Source: Candidatus Micrarchaeota archaeon
Lineage (GTDB): Archaea > Micrarchaeota > Micrarchaeia > Micrarchaeales > CABMGC01
DNA: 34,473 bases
Assembly: GCA_021801765.1 (NCBI GenBank)
Contig: JAJYXO010000019.1
Span: 1-34,473, forward strand
Direction: 5' to 3'
Part shown: positions 16,442 to 26,670 of the stretch, piece after piece
Layout of the letters: each line of letters opens with the position of its first letter
Position numbering within the stretch: the first letter of the stretch is position 1
Translations under genes and position numbers: made by a program
Notes under the pieces: generated by a model
Told to the model about the DNA's origin: nothing
The model's input: only the letters and a program-made list of their open reading frames with translations
The model's database searches: none

Positions 16442-17311
16442 CTTGTTTGTTTTATTTATTGTGGCCTTTATGAAAAATTCTCCTGCTTTATATGAGCTCC
16501 TTACGAATGGCCCTGCAGCAGTATACAGGAACCCCATCTCTTTTGCTTTTGCGCCCAAGTATTCAAATTTCTCCGGCCTCACATACTCTACAACTCTTAT
16601 GTGATTTTTACTTGGCCTTAAATATTGCCCTATGGCTAGGAAGTCCACTCCTGAGCTACGAAGGTCGCGCATTGTTTGCAGAACCTCATCATCTCTTTCT
16701 CCAATGCCAAGCATCATCGCAGATTTGGTGTATATGTGGGGATTGAGCTTTTTCGTGTTGCGTAGCACTGTGAGTGATTGCCTGTAATATGCACGCCTAT
16801 CGCGCACTTCGGCGCTTAACCTTTCTACAGTCTCAATATTGTGCCCTATTACATCAGGGCGTGATGCTATGATAGTTGCAAGGCATTCCTCGCTGCCGCG
16901 GAAATCTGGTATCAGTACTTCAACAACAGTGTCAGGGCTCTCTTTCTTGATGGAAGATATGCATTTTGCAAAGTGGCCTGAGCCCTGATCTTCAAGATCA
17001 TCCCTGCATACGGAAGTTAATACAACGTAATCAAGCTTCCATTCTTTTATAAGCAAGGCAAGCTTTTCAGGCTCTGATACATCTACATTTCCGCCTTTTG
17101 CACTCTTTGAAACTGCACAGAACCTGCATCCGCGTGTACACAGATCTCCCAAAAGCATGAATGTGGCTGTGCCTCCGCTCCAACATTCGGACATGTTTGG
17201 ACAGTGCGCTTCGATGCAGACGGTATGCAGTGATAGATTGGTTATCTGCTCCTTTATCTTTTCATACTTTTCAGTAGATGCAGGTTTTATAGATAGCCAT
17301 TCGGGTAGCAT
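16415..17311 (-). CDS. lipA: Lipoyl synthase
   Basis: CX4CX5C (CIEAHCPNMSEC), radical-SAM CTRGCRFC, HNIETV, GQYLRP, VRSSYKA. Confidence 0.97.
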   Translation of the reverse strand: MLPEWLSIKPASTEKYEKIKEQITNLSLHTVCIEAHCPNMSECWSGGTATFMLLGDLCTRGCRFCAVSKSAKGGNVDVSEPEKLALLIKEWKLDYVVLTSVCRDDLEDQGSGHFAKCISSIKKESPDTVVEVLIPDFRGSEECLATIIASRPDVIGHNIETVERLSAEVRDRRAYYRQSLTVLRNTKKLNPHIYTKSAMMLGIGERDDEVLQTMRDLRSSGVDFLAIGQYLRPSKNHIRVVEYVRPEKFEYLGAKAKEMGFLYTAAGPFVRSSYKAGEFFIKATINKTNKLSSEVPIA

Positions 17312-17377
17312 CTAGATCCATACCTAAATCCATCTGCCCATTTATATATCTGCGCAGAGGCGCATAATAGGCAACTA

Positions 17378-20300
17378 CTAGGATGGTGGGACAGCGAATC
17401 CTATGGCCTGCCATTCATTCTCCGTTCCTGACAGGGTTGGCGCAAGCGCATTGCTTCCGTATAAAGAAATATAGCCGAGATTCTGGCTAGTGATGCAGTT
17501 GTTGCCATTGTTGCTATAATCATAGCAGTTACCATTGAGGGGCCACCAGCCTACAAGGTTCTGCAGGTCTATCGGCACACCGCTTATCCCTTCAGCGTAC
17601 ATCCGTGTTATTTGCGGCTGCGAGAACGAAGCGTTGTAAATTTGTATATTCGCGATGCTAACATTGTTAAGATGAGCGCCGGTGGTTGCAAGCAAGTCCC
17701 AAGTTATGCCAGAGTAGGTTATGCCGCTCTGCGGTTTTGTGTTTTGCTCGGCACCGTCTATGTATGTAGTTATTGTGCTACCGTCAAATGTTGCAGCTGC
17801 GTAATGCCATCTCCCCGGAGCATCAGCACTTGCTTTGAATGTATCATAGACTTCCGCCCCGTTACCTATAGTTATGCCTCCGTTGCTGTCTGTCTGGCAT
17901 GGGAGCAAGAGATTGTAACCTTGATTGAAATTGTGGTTGTTTATGCCTATTGCAGGATAGCATGGAGGGTATGATGGCTCGTAGAACCAGAGGCCTATCG
18001 TTAGAGCATTTGGTTCTAATCTCGAGTTTGGCGATACGCCTAGGAATTGATTGCTATAGCCTCCATTTGGATACGCAGATTCTAGATATTTGTTGCCTAC
18101 CAAGAGCGGCTGTGTGCCCAGGTAGAGTGAGGGCGATGCCTGATTGAAACAGTTGGAAGGCACTGTGCATGAAAGTATGCCAGGTATCGGATAAACAAGG
18201 TTTGGAACGCCTGATGGAAAAGCGCTATCTTCTGCAGATCCGTTATATTCTGAGAATGATAGGTAATTAGGGGATCCAGCATTGCCATTATTGCTGTAGT
18301 CATTAGTATTTCCATCCAGTGGCCACCAGCCTATGAGAGGTGAATTCTGCGGAGGAGCTCCGCCTATTCCCTCTAAATATAGCGATGCTATCTGTGGACC
18401 AGATAAAGCGGAGCTATACAATTGTACATTAGATATCATACCTGGAAAATATGTCTGGTATATATTGCTGCCGCTTACGCTGTTTTGTCCGTCGCCTATC
18501 TTTACTTGGGTGAAGCTTATGCTGCTCTGAGTAGGGACCACTGTAGATGCAAAATTTCCATTCACATAGAGGGTTGTGGCAGATGGAGTATATGTTCCGC
18601 ATATATAATACCACGTGTCAGGCAACGGTAGGTTATAATTTGTCGAGCTGGCTGGAGAACCTAGCCAGAGGTCTATAATGTTTGAATATAGCTCGAAGAC
18701 ACCGTTTCCGCTGTTTATAGATAGGGGCTCAGTGCTAGAGATAGTGTTTCCGCTTAATTTTCCGCTGGGGTTATTGTAGTTGTATATCCATTCACATGCC
18801 GTAAATCCTGTCAGAGAGGATTCTGAAAGGGATATTGTTACATTTGAATTGTATCCGTTGAAATTACCAACCTGTGTGGAGGCAGGGCCTTGTGGAGTAG
18901 TAGTGTAGATTACATTTGTAGGGATGCCGTTCTGCCCGTTACCGGAGTAATCGTTGGCATTCCCATCTAGAGGCCACCAACCAGAAAGCTCAGAGTCGCT
19001 AAGGGGCAGCCCGCTTATCCCTTCCGAATACAGATACTGTACTTGTGAGGAGGATAGTGAGGAGTTGTATACTTGTATGTTGGCAATGCTGCCTGTGAAC
19101 CACCTATCTGGGGAATTCGCCCATCCCCTCCCTATTGTCATGTTAGAGAATCCCGGAGGCCATAGTGTATTGGGATCGTTAAAGATAAGCACGCCATTCA
19201 GGTAGCCGAGCAGGTTGCCCCCATTTCTTATCAATGCTACATTGTACCAGTAATTCGGCATTAGTGTGTTTGAGATCTGATATATAGCATAGCTCGATGG
19301 GCTGTTGCCTACTACCGCATAGATTGTGGATGGAGAGCTCTGTTCGAACCTAGGGCCCTGGTTGTTTCCGCTAGATACGAAATTCATATCGAGCGGGTTC
19401 TTGTACGATACAATATTCGCAGAGTACATCCAGAAGGATACTGCCCATGATGTGGATCCGGAGTTTATGCTTGGCACGTTTCCTACTGCTATGAAACTGC
19501 TGGCTCCGTTGAAATATGGAGTTGTACGGGAATAGCCGCTGAAAGTAAATAGGCCTTCGGGAGAGCTTGTCTGCATGTTATTCTCAGATCTGTTGACATA
19601 TGATGGGGCATAAGGGGATGCGAAGTAGTAGTTGTTGGATATCTCGGCTCGTAGGTTCCCAATGCTCAGCGTATCCAACCCTGGTCCGTATAACAGCACA
19701 GGGTTGCCGCTCTGCATATGGTTTATTATATTGGAGTTGCTGCTGTACACTAGATAAGGGACTGTTGGTGTTCCGCTTACCTGCTGGGTTATGAGCCCTG
19801 CGTAATCGTTATAGCATTCGTTACTCAATGTCATCGAGTTGGATATCGCTATTATGAAGTTTGCAGGTACTCCAGAGCATGATGATGCCGTGCTTGGAAG
19901 CTGCCATACTGGCGCGTATGCGAAGTTGTTCAGGCTTCCGTACACTGCATATGTGTTTCCTATCACATGTGTTAGGTTATTGATGTTTCCGAACTTTATA
20001 TCGCGTAGTATTCCATGCTCCGCGTACCAGAGATCTGGAGTCCCGTTGAGATTTATCGATGCGTTTACAGGTATGCTGTATCTGTATACGCTTCCGCTCT
20101 GAATTATCTTTATGTTCTCTATATACTTAATGGAGAGAGTGTATGGATTGTACTGGTCAAGTATAGGCTTTGTTTCGTTTATATACAGCACCTGTGCAGT
20201 ATTGTTGTAGGAGTATAGTATAGAAGAGTTATACGCATTGAATGTGAGGCTGCCCATTCTTGCCTTCATGATGTTTGCCACATGTGATCCGAGTGGCTCT

Positions 20301-20620
20301 CCGGGAAGCGTTGCATTTGCCATAAGATCATCAAAGGATTCTGAGAGGTTTGTTATAAAGTTGCTTTTTCTCAGAGATGCATTGTACTCGTAGTATGCCA
20401 GGGAATAAAGCGCAGCTGATGCGCTTGAATTTCCGAACTGAGATGCGCTGCTGGCGAGATTGCTTTCCATGTTTGCAGATCCTGACGCAAGCGCACTTGT
20501 CTGCGCCAGCATGTCAGAATTCAAGTTTATAGTTATGAAGAAGTAAAGTATCGATAACATTAAGACGAAAAGAAGCAGCATCGTAAGGCTCATCAACTGC
20601 GCCTTCATGGAACCTCGCAT
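17378..20620 (-). CDS. Large surface protein with class III-like signal peptide and three LamG/pentraxin-like modules
   Basis: MKA/QLMSLTMLLLF N-terminus; three copies of IANIQ.YN..L....I..LY.EGI.G.P....L.GWWPL.GN..DYS; Asn/Ser/Tyr rich; start 20620, 20632 or 20608. Confidence 0.82.
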   Translation of the reverse strand: MRGSMKAQLMSLTMLLLFVLMLSILYFFITINLNSDMLAQTSALASGSANMESNLASSASQFGNSSASAALYSLAYYEYNASLRKSNFITNLSESFDDLMANATLPGEPLGSHVANIMKARMGSLTFNAYNSSILYSYNNTAQVLYINETKPILDQYNPYTLSIKYIENIKIIQSGSVYRYSIPVNASINLNGTPDLWYAEHGILRDIKFGNINNLTHVIGNTYAVYGSLNNFAYAPVWQLPSTASSCSGVPANFIIAISNSMTLSNECYNDYAGLITQQVSGTPTVPYLVYSSNSNIINHMQSGNPVLLYGPGLDTLSIGNLRAEISNNYYFASPYAPSYVNRSENNMQTSSPEGLFTFSGYSRTTPYFNGASSFIAVGNVPSINSGSTSWAVSFWMYSANIVSYKNPLDMNFVSSGNNQGPRFEQSSPSTIYAVVGNSPSSYAIYQISNTLMPNYWYNVALIRNGGNLLGYLNGVLIFNDPNTLWPPGFSNMTIGRGWANSPDRWFTGSIANIQVYNSSLSSSQVQYLYSEGISGLPLSDSELSGWWPLDGNANDYSGNGQNGIPTNVIYTTTPQGPASTQVGNFNGYNSNVTISLSESSLTGFTACEWIYNYNNPSGKLSGNTISSTEPLSINSGNGVFELYSNIIDLWLGSPASSTNYNLPLPDTWYYICGTYTPSATTLYVNGNFASTVVPTQSSISFTQVKIGDGQNSVSGSNIYQTYFPGMISNVQLYSSALSGPQIASLYLEGIGGAPPQNSPLIGWWPLDGNTNDYSNNGNAGSPNYLSFSEYNGSAEDSAFPSGVPNLVYPIPGILSCTVPSNCFNQASPSLYLGTQPLLVGNKYLESAYPNGGYSNQFLGVSPNSRLEPNALTIGLWFYEPSYPPCYPAIGINNHNFNQGYNLLLPCQTDSNGGITIGNGAEVYDTFKASADAPGRWHYAAATFDGSTITTYIDGAEQNTKPQSGITYSGITWDLLATTGAHLNNVSIANIQIYNASFSQPQITRMYAEGISGVPIDLQNLVGWWPLNGNCYDYSNNGNNCITSQNLGYISLYGSNALAPTLSGTENEWQAIGFAVPPS

Positions 20621-20622
20621 AT

Positions 20623-23421
20623 TCAGTGCCATGAGTAAACACCTATGTCGTACAGATTTGAGGAGGGAGAATATATTACGTTATATGAAGTTCCTGAATT
20701 GGCATTTTCAGAGTAGTCGTTTGCATTTCCATTAAGCTGCCACCAGCCGACAAGGCTATGCGTGCTTATCGGGACTCCGGAGATTCCCTCTTCGTATAGC
20801 TGAGATATATCCTGCGAGTCTAAAGAATTATTGTATATTTGAACATTTCCGATTGTACCATAGAATAGTGATGTTGCAGTGCCTGGGGCGCCTCTTGCCC
20901 CTATTCTTAACTGATTTGTATTTGGAGTTACCGTACCTGTTGCAGGAGTCGTAGTTACAGGGTATCCGTTATAGTAGGCGATGACGTTCGATCCATCATA
21001 AGTTAATGCGAGGAAAGAGTATTTGTTTGTCGGGACATAGATATTTGTGCATTCCCAATTCCATCCTGGAATGGCATTATCTATAGCCCAACATAACTGA
21101 CCGCTTGCACTTAGTGCCCACTCATATTCGTTTTCTTTGTTGAATATTATGCAGTTTTGTGAACCGCACGTGGATAAGCTTGATGGGTTTAACCACGCGG
21201 TGAATGTGAAAGATGGAATTGTGCTTGCAACCTCTAAACTTTTTGAATCGGATATTTGCACATAGGCATTGCCATTGAATTGTGCCGCGTAGGTAGATAG
21301 TGGCACAATTGTACTTGCATGTGATATAGAATATGAGCCGCGCAGCCCAACAGGCGTATAGTTTGCGGGCGTATATGATACATCGACAGGGTACCCGGGT
21401 GCGCTTCCTGCATAATTGTTAGAATCGCCGGTTAGAGGATACCATGCCTTTATTCCTGCGTTTTGCAGGGGATTTCCCTGTATCCCTGATTTGTATAGCT
21501 GGTTTATCTGGGATGTTGTTAGGTTTATATCGTAAAGCTGATAATTTGCAAGCTGCCCTTGATAGTTGGCTCCTGAACCGCAGTTGGTTGAATCAGGAGT
21601 GCCAAGCGTGTAGTACATGCTCTCTGTTCCGCCTGAAGGAACTGAGCGCTGGATATAATTCCCTGCCATAAAATTTCCATTTATGTAGCCCGAATAGTTT
21701 AACACGCCGCCATAATAAGTTCCTACCATTGTTATATCGCTCCATTTGTTCATTGGTATTTTCCCTATGTTTAGGCATTGGCTGCCGGTTACGGGCCAGA
21801 CGCTAAGCGTTACATTTGCATTGACGAGGTCTATCCAACTATCGTGCCAGAGAACATTTGGAGATTGCTGTCCTAGCTCGTCAACTATAATGCCGTTTCC
21901 TGAAGTAGGATATGCCCAGATATTTATGGTGAAACTTTGCGCTGCGTTATCCATCCATTGGAATCCAGATCCTTCTAGCATATACCCAATGCCATTAAAT
22001 GTGGCAACACGCATTGCAGGGGCAAAAGATCCATTTATTGATATTCCGTAATTATCCATATTCATTACAGAATCCACCAATGCTGTTGCGCAACCTCCCT
22101 CATTGTTTATGATCATACTTGCTGCAGCTGTCAGTACCGATGAAGAAGGCTTTGCATTGCATGCGCCAAGCGCTGTCAGATTGTTTCCAGTAGGTGTATA
22201 AAGCCTGCCGTATGCAGGTGTTATTGAGGATCCATATTGATACGGCAATTGGACATGCCATTCTATGTTTCCAGTACTGATGTTTTGCGCAACTATATTG
22301 TTTCCAGTGGACCACAGGGTATATACATCAGGGCCGGATATGACAGGCGAGCCGGTTGCGCTGCCATATGGAATTGTTTTGGACCAGATCAGGGTATTTG
22401 AAGTCGAAACTGCATATATTGAATTTGACGTCTGGAATATTACAGATTGGCCATTATTTGCCACTCCGGTTATTGTGTTGCTGGTTCCTATGCAGAAAGC
22501 AGGGTTTCCATTTGAATGCCAGGCGCATCCAACATTATTCTTTCCAAAGAAGATCAGATTTGAGAATGTGCTTAAAGCAGTGGGCTGCGAGCCAAGGGGA
22601 GTCCACCACGCGCATGTTGCAGAGTTGCCCACCAGAGAGATCAGCCCGAGTATATCTGAAGTAGAAGTAGTGAAAGCAATAGATCCATTTACAGCCGCGA
22701 TTGATGATGCTGGCTGGCCATTGTTGCATGGGTCAGGGAGGCTCCATGCTAGCGTGCCGTTTGAAGCATAGAATGCAAGGATATCATCGGATGTAGAGAA
22801 CCCTGCGACTATTTTTCCTTCATAGCCAATCTTTACTGTTGTCTCGCCTCCATATTGCGTTATTGGGGTACTCCATACAAGACCTCCGTTGTAAGCGTTA
22901 AGCGCAGTGAGATAATCGGATGAGCCTGTGCTGTTTGATATTATGACCATACCCTCGTAGACTGTCATGTAACCGGGAGATGATGTTGGGAAATTGATAT
23001 GCCAGATGAAGCTTCCTGTGGAGCCGTTGAGTGCATAAACGACATTGCCAGTAGCGAAATAGAGGTTACCGTAGTCTGCAAATATTCTGGTTGTTATAGA
23101 GGAATTGAGGTATGATGTAAAGGATATCGAAGGGGGTATAATGCCGCCTTTTGTAGCGCCGCTGCCCATTGCATCTTTGGCATACATTGGCCATGTGCCA
23201 GACGAGCCAGAGGCCATTGAAGTTATGTTCTGCGCTATGGGGTTTCCAGTTAGAGAGGCAATGGTAGCAGAGAGTAGTGTATTAAGTATGCCTTGCGAAT
23301 CTGAAGCAGGAGTTATGTATGACGATGAAGGGACATATTGGAAAAAGAGTAATATTGATATTGCTACTCCGGCTATTATCAGCGCAAAAATCGCATCTGT
23401 GGTAAAGACTACTGCCTTCAT
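20623..23421 (-). CDS. Surface protein with class III signal peptide, PQQ-like beta-propeller and two LamG modules
   Basis: MKA/VVFTTDAIFALII; repeated YALNGSTG..IW, ALNAYNGGLVW, AFYASNGTLAW, AQNISTGNIEW blades; two LamG modules ending AWYPL/GWWQL. Confidence 0.82.
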   Translation of the reverse strand: MKAVVFTTDAIFALIIAGVAISILLFFQYVPSSSYITPASDSQGILNTLLSATIASLTGNPIAQNITSMASGSSGTWPMYAKDAMGSGATKGGIIPPSISFTSYLNSSITTRIFADYGNLYFATGNVVYALNGSTGSFIWHINFPTSSPGYMTVYEGMVIISNSTGSSDYLTALNAYNGGLVWSTPITQYGGETTVKIGYEGKIVAGFSTSDDILAFYASNGTLAWSLPDPCNNGQPASSIAAVNGSIAFTTSTSDILGLISLVGNSATCAWWTPLGSQPTALSTFSNLIFFGKNNVGCAWHSNGNPAFCIGTSNTITGVANNGQSVIFQTSNSIYAVSTSNTLIWSKTIPYGSATGSPVISGPDVYTLWSTGNNIVAQNISTGNIEWHVQLPYQYGSSITPAYGRLYTPTGNNLTALGACNAKPSSSVLTAAASMIINNEGGCATALVDSVMNMDNYGISINGSFAPAMRVATFNGIGYMLEGSGFQWMDNAAQSFTINIWAYPTSGNGIIVDELGQQSPNVLWHDSWIDLVNANVTLSVWPVTGSQCLNIGKIPMNKWSDITMVGTYYGGVLNYSGYINGNFMAGNYIQRSVPSGGTESMYYTLGTPDSTNCGSGANYQGQLANYQLYDINLTTSQINQLYKSGIQGNPLQNAGIKAWYPLTGDSNNYAGSAPGYPVDVSYTPANYTPVGLRGSYSISHASTIVPLSTYAAQFNGNAYVQISDSKSLEVASTIPSFTFTAWLNPSSLSTCGSQNCIIFNKENEYEWALSASGQLCWAIDNAIPGWNWECTNIYVPTNKYSFLALTYDGSNVIAYYNGYPVTTTPATGTVTPNTNQLRIGARGAPGTATSLFYGTIGNVQIYNNSLDSQDISQLYEEGISGVPISTHSLVGWWQLNGNANDYSENANSGTSYNVIYSPSSNLYDIGVYSWH

Positions 23422-23486
23422 CCTATCCGTTTACTATTTATCTCTATGTTTTTATTTGTTGCTCTTTAAGATTGTGAGGTGTTGGA

Positions 23487-24176
23487 TCACTTTTTGATGC
23501 CAAGATGTGGAAGTATCTCGCGCAGGTCTTTTTTCTCTATCACTACATCTGCCGCTGCGCGCACCTTCTCCTTGTAGCTGTTAAACGCAATCGCAAGCCC
23601 TACTCTTTCGAAAACAGCCATATCATTCACATCATCTCCAACATAGGCGCATTCCTTCATACCCACCTTATTAAGCTGCGCTAGGTACTTCACGAACTTC
23701 ACCTTATCTTTGTAGTCGGTTGCCAGGAGCTTCCAATCCTTCAATATGCCATTTTCATCGAATTTGAAATCGCAGTGCGCAAGAGTGTCATCGATTCCAA
23801 GCTCGATTTTGGCCCTCCTGGCAAGTGCGCCAAAGCTGCCGCTTACTGCGCTTGTCACAATATCATTCCTGCTTAGCGTTGAGACTGTCTCTACTGCTCC
23901 GGCCATGAATTTGCGTGAATTTATGACCTCCTCGAATGTTTTTTGATCGAGTCCTTTTGCTTTGAGCACGCAGCATGCTGCTTCAGTCCATTCGTTGTAC
24001 GACCTGAAGCCCTTCCTCATGTAGAGCTCCTTGAGCCTCTCATGCAGGTCATATATGTCCAACCTTTCGAAGAGGCTGTCCCACGAGCTGGCTGCCACGT
24101 TGTCTTCCCTGCGGGCAATCTCAGGCTTCTCAAAAATCACCCCATCTATATCGAAGATGACTATCTTGTATTGCAT
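23487..24176 (-). CDS. HAD-family phosphatase (phosphoserine-phosphatase-like)
   Basis: FDIDGV motif I, VSGS motif II, K motif III, YVGDDVND motif IV. Confidence 0.85.
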   Translation of the reverse strand: MQYKIVIFDIDGVIFEKPEIARREDNVAASSWDSLFERLDIYDLHERLKELYMRKGFRSYNEWTEAACCVLKAKGLDQKTFEEVINSRKFMAGAVETVSTLSRNDIVTSAVSGSFGALARRAKIELGIDDTLAHCDFKFDENGILKDWKLLATDYKDKVKFVKYLAQLNKVGMKECAYVGDDVNDMAVFERVGLAIAFNSYKEKVRAAADVVIEKKDLREILPHLGIKK

Positions 24177-24256
24177 GATGATAGTTGGATGGAAACTAAT
24201 AAGAATTTGCCAGATAGGAGAGACGCAGCCAGAAGAATAGCTATTTATTACTGAAG

Positions 24257-25033
24257 ATGCAAATTGATTATAGTGTTCCTATGCTTAAGGTTGCGATGTT
24301 CGACCTTGACGGTGTGGTTTTTCAGAGCCCAAGCACATGGGAGAGAATATTCGCAGATTTAGGATTGCAGGATTTGCACGATAGGCTCGAAGGTAGATTC
24401 CAGAGAGGAGAGTTTAGGTCATACTTAGATTGGTCCACGGCTGCGTTGGAGGAGATAAAGGCTGCGGGGCTTAAGAAAGATGCATTCGATGCGATAATAA
24501 ATGAGAGGCAGTTGTCAAAGGGAGCGAAGGAGACTTTTGAAGCCTTGGGAAAATGGGGCATAAAGACTGCTGCCATAAGCGGCGGATTTGTGGAGCTTGC
24601 AGAAAGAGCGAGGATGGAGTTAGGGATAGACTACGCATTTGCGCATGTTAGGATGGGATTCGGCAAGCGTAGCAATATGCTTGAATCGTGGAATATGTAT
24701 GAAACTGATTATTCTGACAAGCTTGTGGTAGCAAGATTTGTATCAAAGCTTTACTCTGCAGATATGAGCGAATGTGCATATGTAGGGGACGGGCTTAATG
24801 ACATTCCAGTTTTCAGGGAGGTTGGCATGGGTATTGCTTTCAACAGCAGGAAGGAAGAGGTAAGGAAAGCGGCACATACAGTGGTAGACGGAGATAATCT
24901 ATCAGATATACTGCTGCATTTGGGGTTGAAGCGTATAAAGAGAGGCGTTTCACCTGATACGGAGGCTATGAAAGACCTTGGAAGGCGGGCAAGGCCTTTA
25001 GGTGTAAAGAAGGCGAGGAATAAGGTATCGTAG
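24257..25033 (+). CDS. HAD-family phosphatase (phosphoserine-phosphatase-like), divergent paralog
   Basis: FDLDGV, ISGGF, DK, YVGDGLND; basic C-terminal tail. Confidence 0.85.
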   Translation: MQIDYSVPMLKVAMFDLDGVVFQSPSTWERIFADLGLQDLHDRLEGRFQRGEFRSYLDWSTAALEEIKAAGLKKDAFDAIINERQLSKGAKETFEALGKWGIKTAAISGGFVELAERARMELGIDYAFAHVRMGFGKRSNMLESWNMYETDYSDKLVVARFVSKLYSADMSECAYVGDGLNDIPVFREVGMGIAFNSRKEEVRKAAHTVVDGDNLSDILLHLGLKRIKRGVSPDTEAMKDLGRRARPLGVKKARNKVS

Positions 25034-25083
25034 CGTTGATGTGCTGCGTAGATTTTTTAAGAAGATAAGTAGATATATTGCAT

Positions 25084-26064
25084 ATGAGGATTGTTTCGCT
25101 TCTTCCAAGTGCTACAGAGATGCTCTATCTTCTTGGGCTTGATAATATGCTTCATGGGGTAAGCTATGAATGTGATTATCCTGTCGAGGCAAGGTCAAAG
25201 GCGATAGTAGTAAAGCCACGCATAAACACTGAAGGTAAAACGCAGGGAGAGATAGATAGCGAGGTTTCATCTTTCATGAGAGAAGGGAAGCAGCTCTATA
25301 TGGTAGATATGGAGGCAATACGCAGCATAAAGCCAGACATAGTCATAACGCAAGATCTCTGTGATGTCTGTGCCATATCGATGAAGGATGTTGTAAAGGC
25401 TACTGAAGACCTCTCGAAGGAATGCGAAGTTATCTCTATGCAACCGAAGAGCATAGGGGAGATGCTCGATGATATTATCAGGATAGGCAAGGCTTGCAGA
25501 GTTGAAAGAAAGGCAGAGGAAGAGGTCGCAAAGCTTAGGGGCAGGATAGAGGCGGTAAAGAGGAGGGCAAAGGAAGCAGGTAAGATACCAAGGGTTTTCT
25601 GCGCTGAGTGGTATGATCCAATATATGCATCAGGACACTGGATTCCTGAGATGGTTAGAATTGCTGGCGGGATAGACAGCCTAGGATGCGAAGGAGGATA
25701 TTCCAGAGTGATAGAGTGGAAGAAGATTGTAGAGTATAGCCCAGAAGTGATGGTGATGATGCCATGCGGCTTTGATGTGGGCAGAGCGATAGCAGATATG
25801 TGGATGATAACCAGAAATGAAGGTTGGAATGGCCTTGATGCCGTACGCGATGGCAGAGTTTATGCTGCTAATGGATCATGGTATTATTCAAGGCATGGGC
25901 CGCGGCTGATTGACGGACTGGAGTATCTTGCAAAGATGATACATCCGGAGGTTTTTGGAAGCGAGCTGCCTGAAGAAGCTGCGGTAAGAATAACCGATGG
26001 CAGAATAAGGGGAGCCAACCTATTTGCCATGATGCCGTATGAGAAGCAGCAACTTCTGGAATAA
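25084..26064 (+). CDS. BtuF-like cobalamin/Fe-siderophore-binding protein (helical backbone fold)
   Basis: MRIVSLLPSATE, GVSYECDYP, TQDLCDVCA, EWYDP....GHWIPEMV..AGG, MPCGF, SRHGPRLIDG. Confidence 0.88.
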   Translation: MRIVSLLPSATEMLYLLGLDNMLHGVSYECDYPVEARSKAIVVKPRINTEGKTQGEIDSEVSSFMREGKQLYMVDMEAIRSIKPDIVITQDLCDVCAISMKDVVKATEDLSKECEVISMQPKSIGEMLDDIIRIGKACRVERKAEEEVAKLRGRIEAVKRRAKEAGKIPRVFCAEWYDPIYASGHWIPEMVRIAGGIDSLGCEGGYSRVIEWKKIVEYSPEVMVMMPCGFDVGRAIADMWMITRNEGWNGLDAVRDGRVYAANGSWYYSRHGPRLIDGLEYLAKMIHPEVFGSELPEEAAVRITDGRIRGANLFAMMPYEKQQLLE

Positions 26065-26125
26065 GAAGGTATTTATTCGTTTGCGCATATAATTCTTCTA
26101 TCTAATTAGGTAGCTCAGTGTTTTG

Positions 26126-26665
26126 ATGGCTAAGGAAAAAAGCGATAAGGAGAGGAAGGAGGCAAGCATAATAAGAATTGCAGGCAGGGATATTAACGGA
26201 AGGTATAGGATAGTGAGGGCGCTGACGCAGATAAAAGGAATAGGGCAAAATATGGCATTTGCTATGGCCTTAGTCTATAGCCAGAAGTACGGCGTAAGCA
26301 GTGAAGTAGAGATAGGATCGCTTACTGATGAACAGCTAGCCAATCTTGAAGGCGTTATAAAGGAGCCATGGAAGGGAGGCATACCGCTCTTTCTGATGAA
26401 CAGAAGGAAGGATATGGGTACAGGGGCGGACATCCACTTGGTAGGGACTGATCTCACGGTGCAGGTAAGGCAAGATATAGAGCACGATATAAGGATACAG
26501 ACATGGAGGGGATTCAGGCACCAGTATGGGCAGAAGGTAAGAGGACAAAGGACAAGGTCCACAGGAAGAACTGGAGCAACAATAGGGGTCATGAAGAAGT
26601 CAGTGCAGGCACTTGCAACTGGACAGGCAAAGGCGCCGGAAGAGAAGCCTAAAGAAACGAAGTGA
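26126..26665 (+). CDS. rps13: 30S ribosomal protein S13 (uS13)
   Basis: IIRIAGRDI.G, ALTQIKGIG, NRRKD..TG...HL, WRGFRH..GQKVRGQRTRSTGR. Confidence 0.97.
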   Translation: MAKEKSDKERKEASIIRIAGRDINGRYRIVRALTQIKGIGQNMAFAMALVYSQKYGVSSEVEIGSLTDEQLANLEGVIKEPWKGGIPLFLMNRRKDMGTGADIHLVGTDLTVQVRQDIEHDIRIQTWRGFRHQYGQKVRGQRTRSTGRTGATIGVMKKSVQALATGQAKAPEEKPKETK

Positions 26666-26670
26666 TCTGA

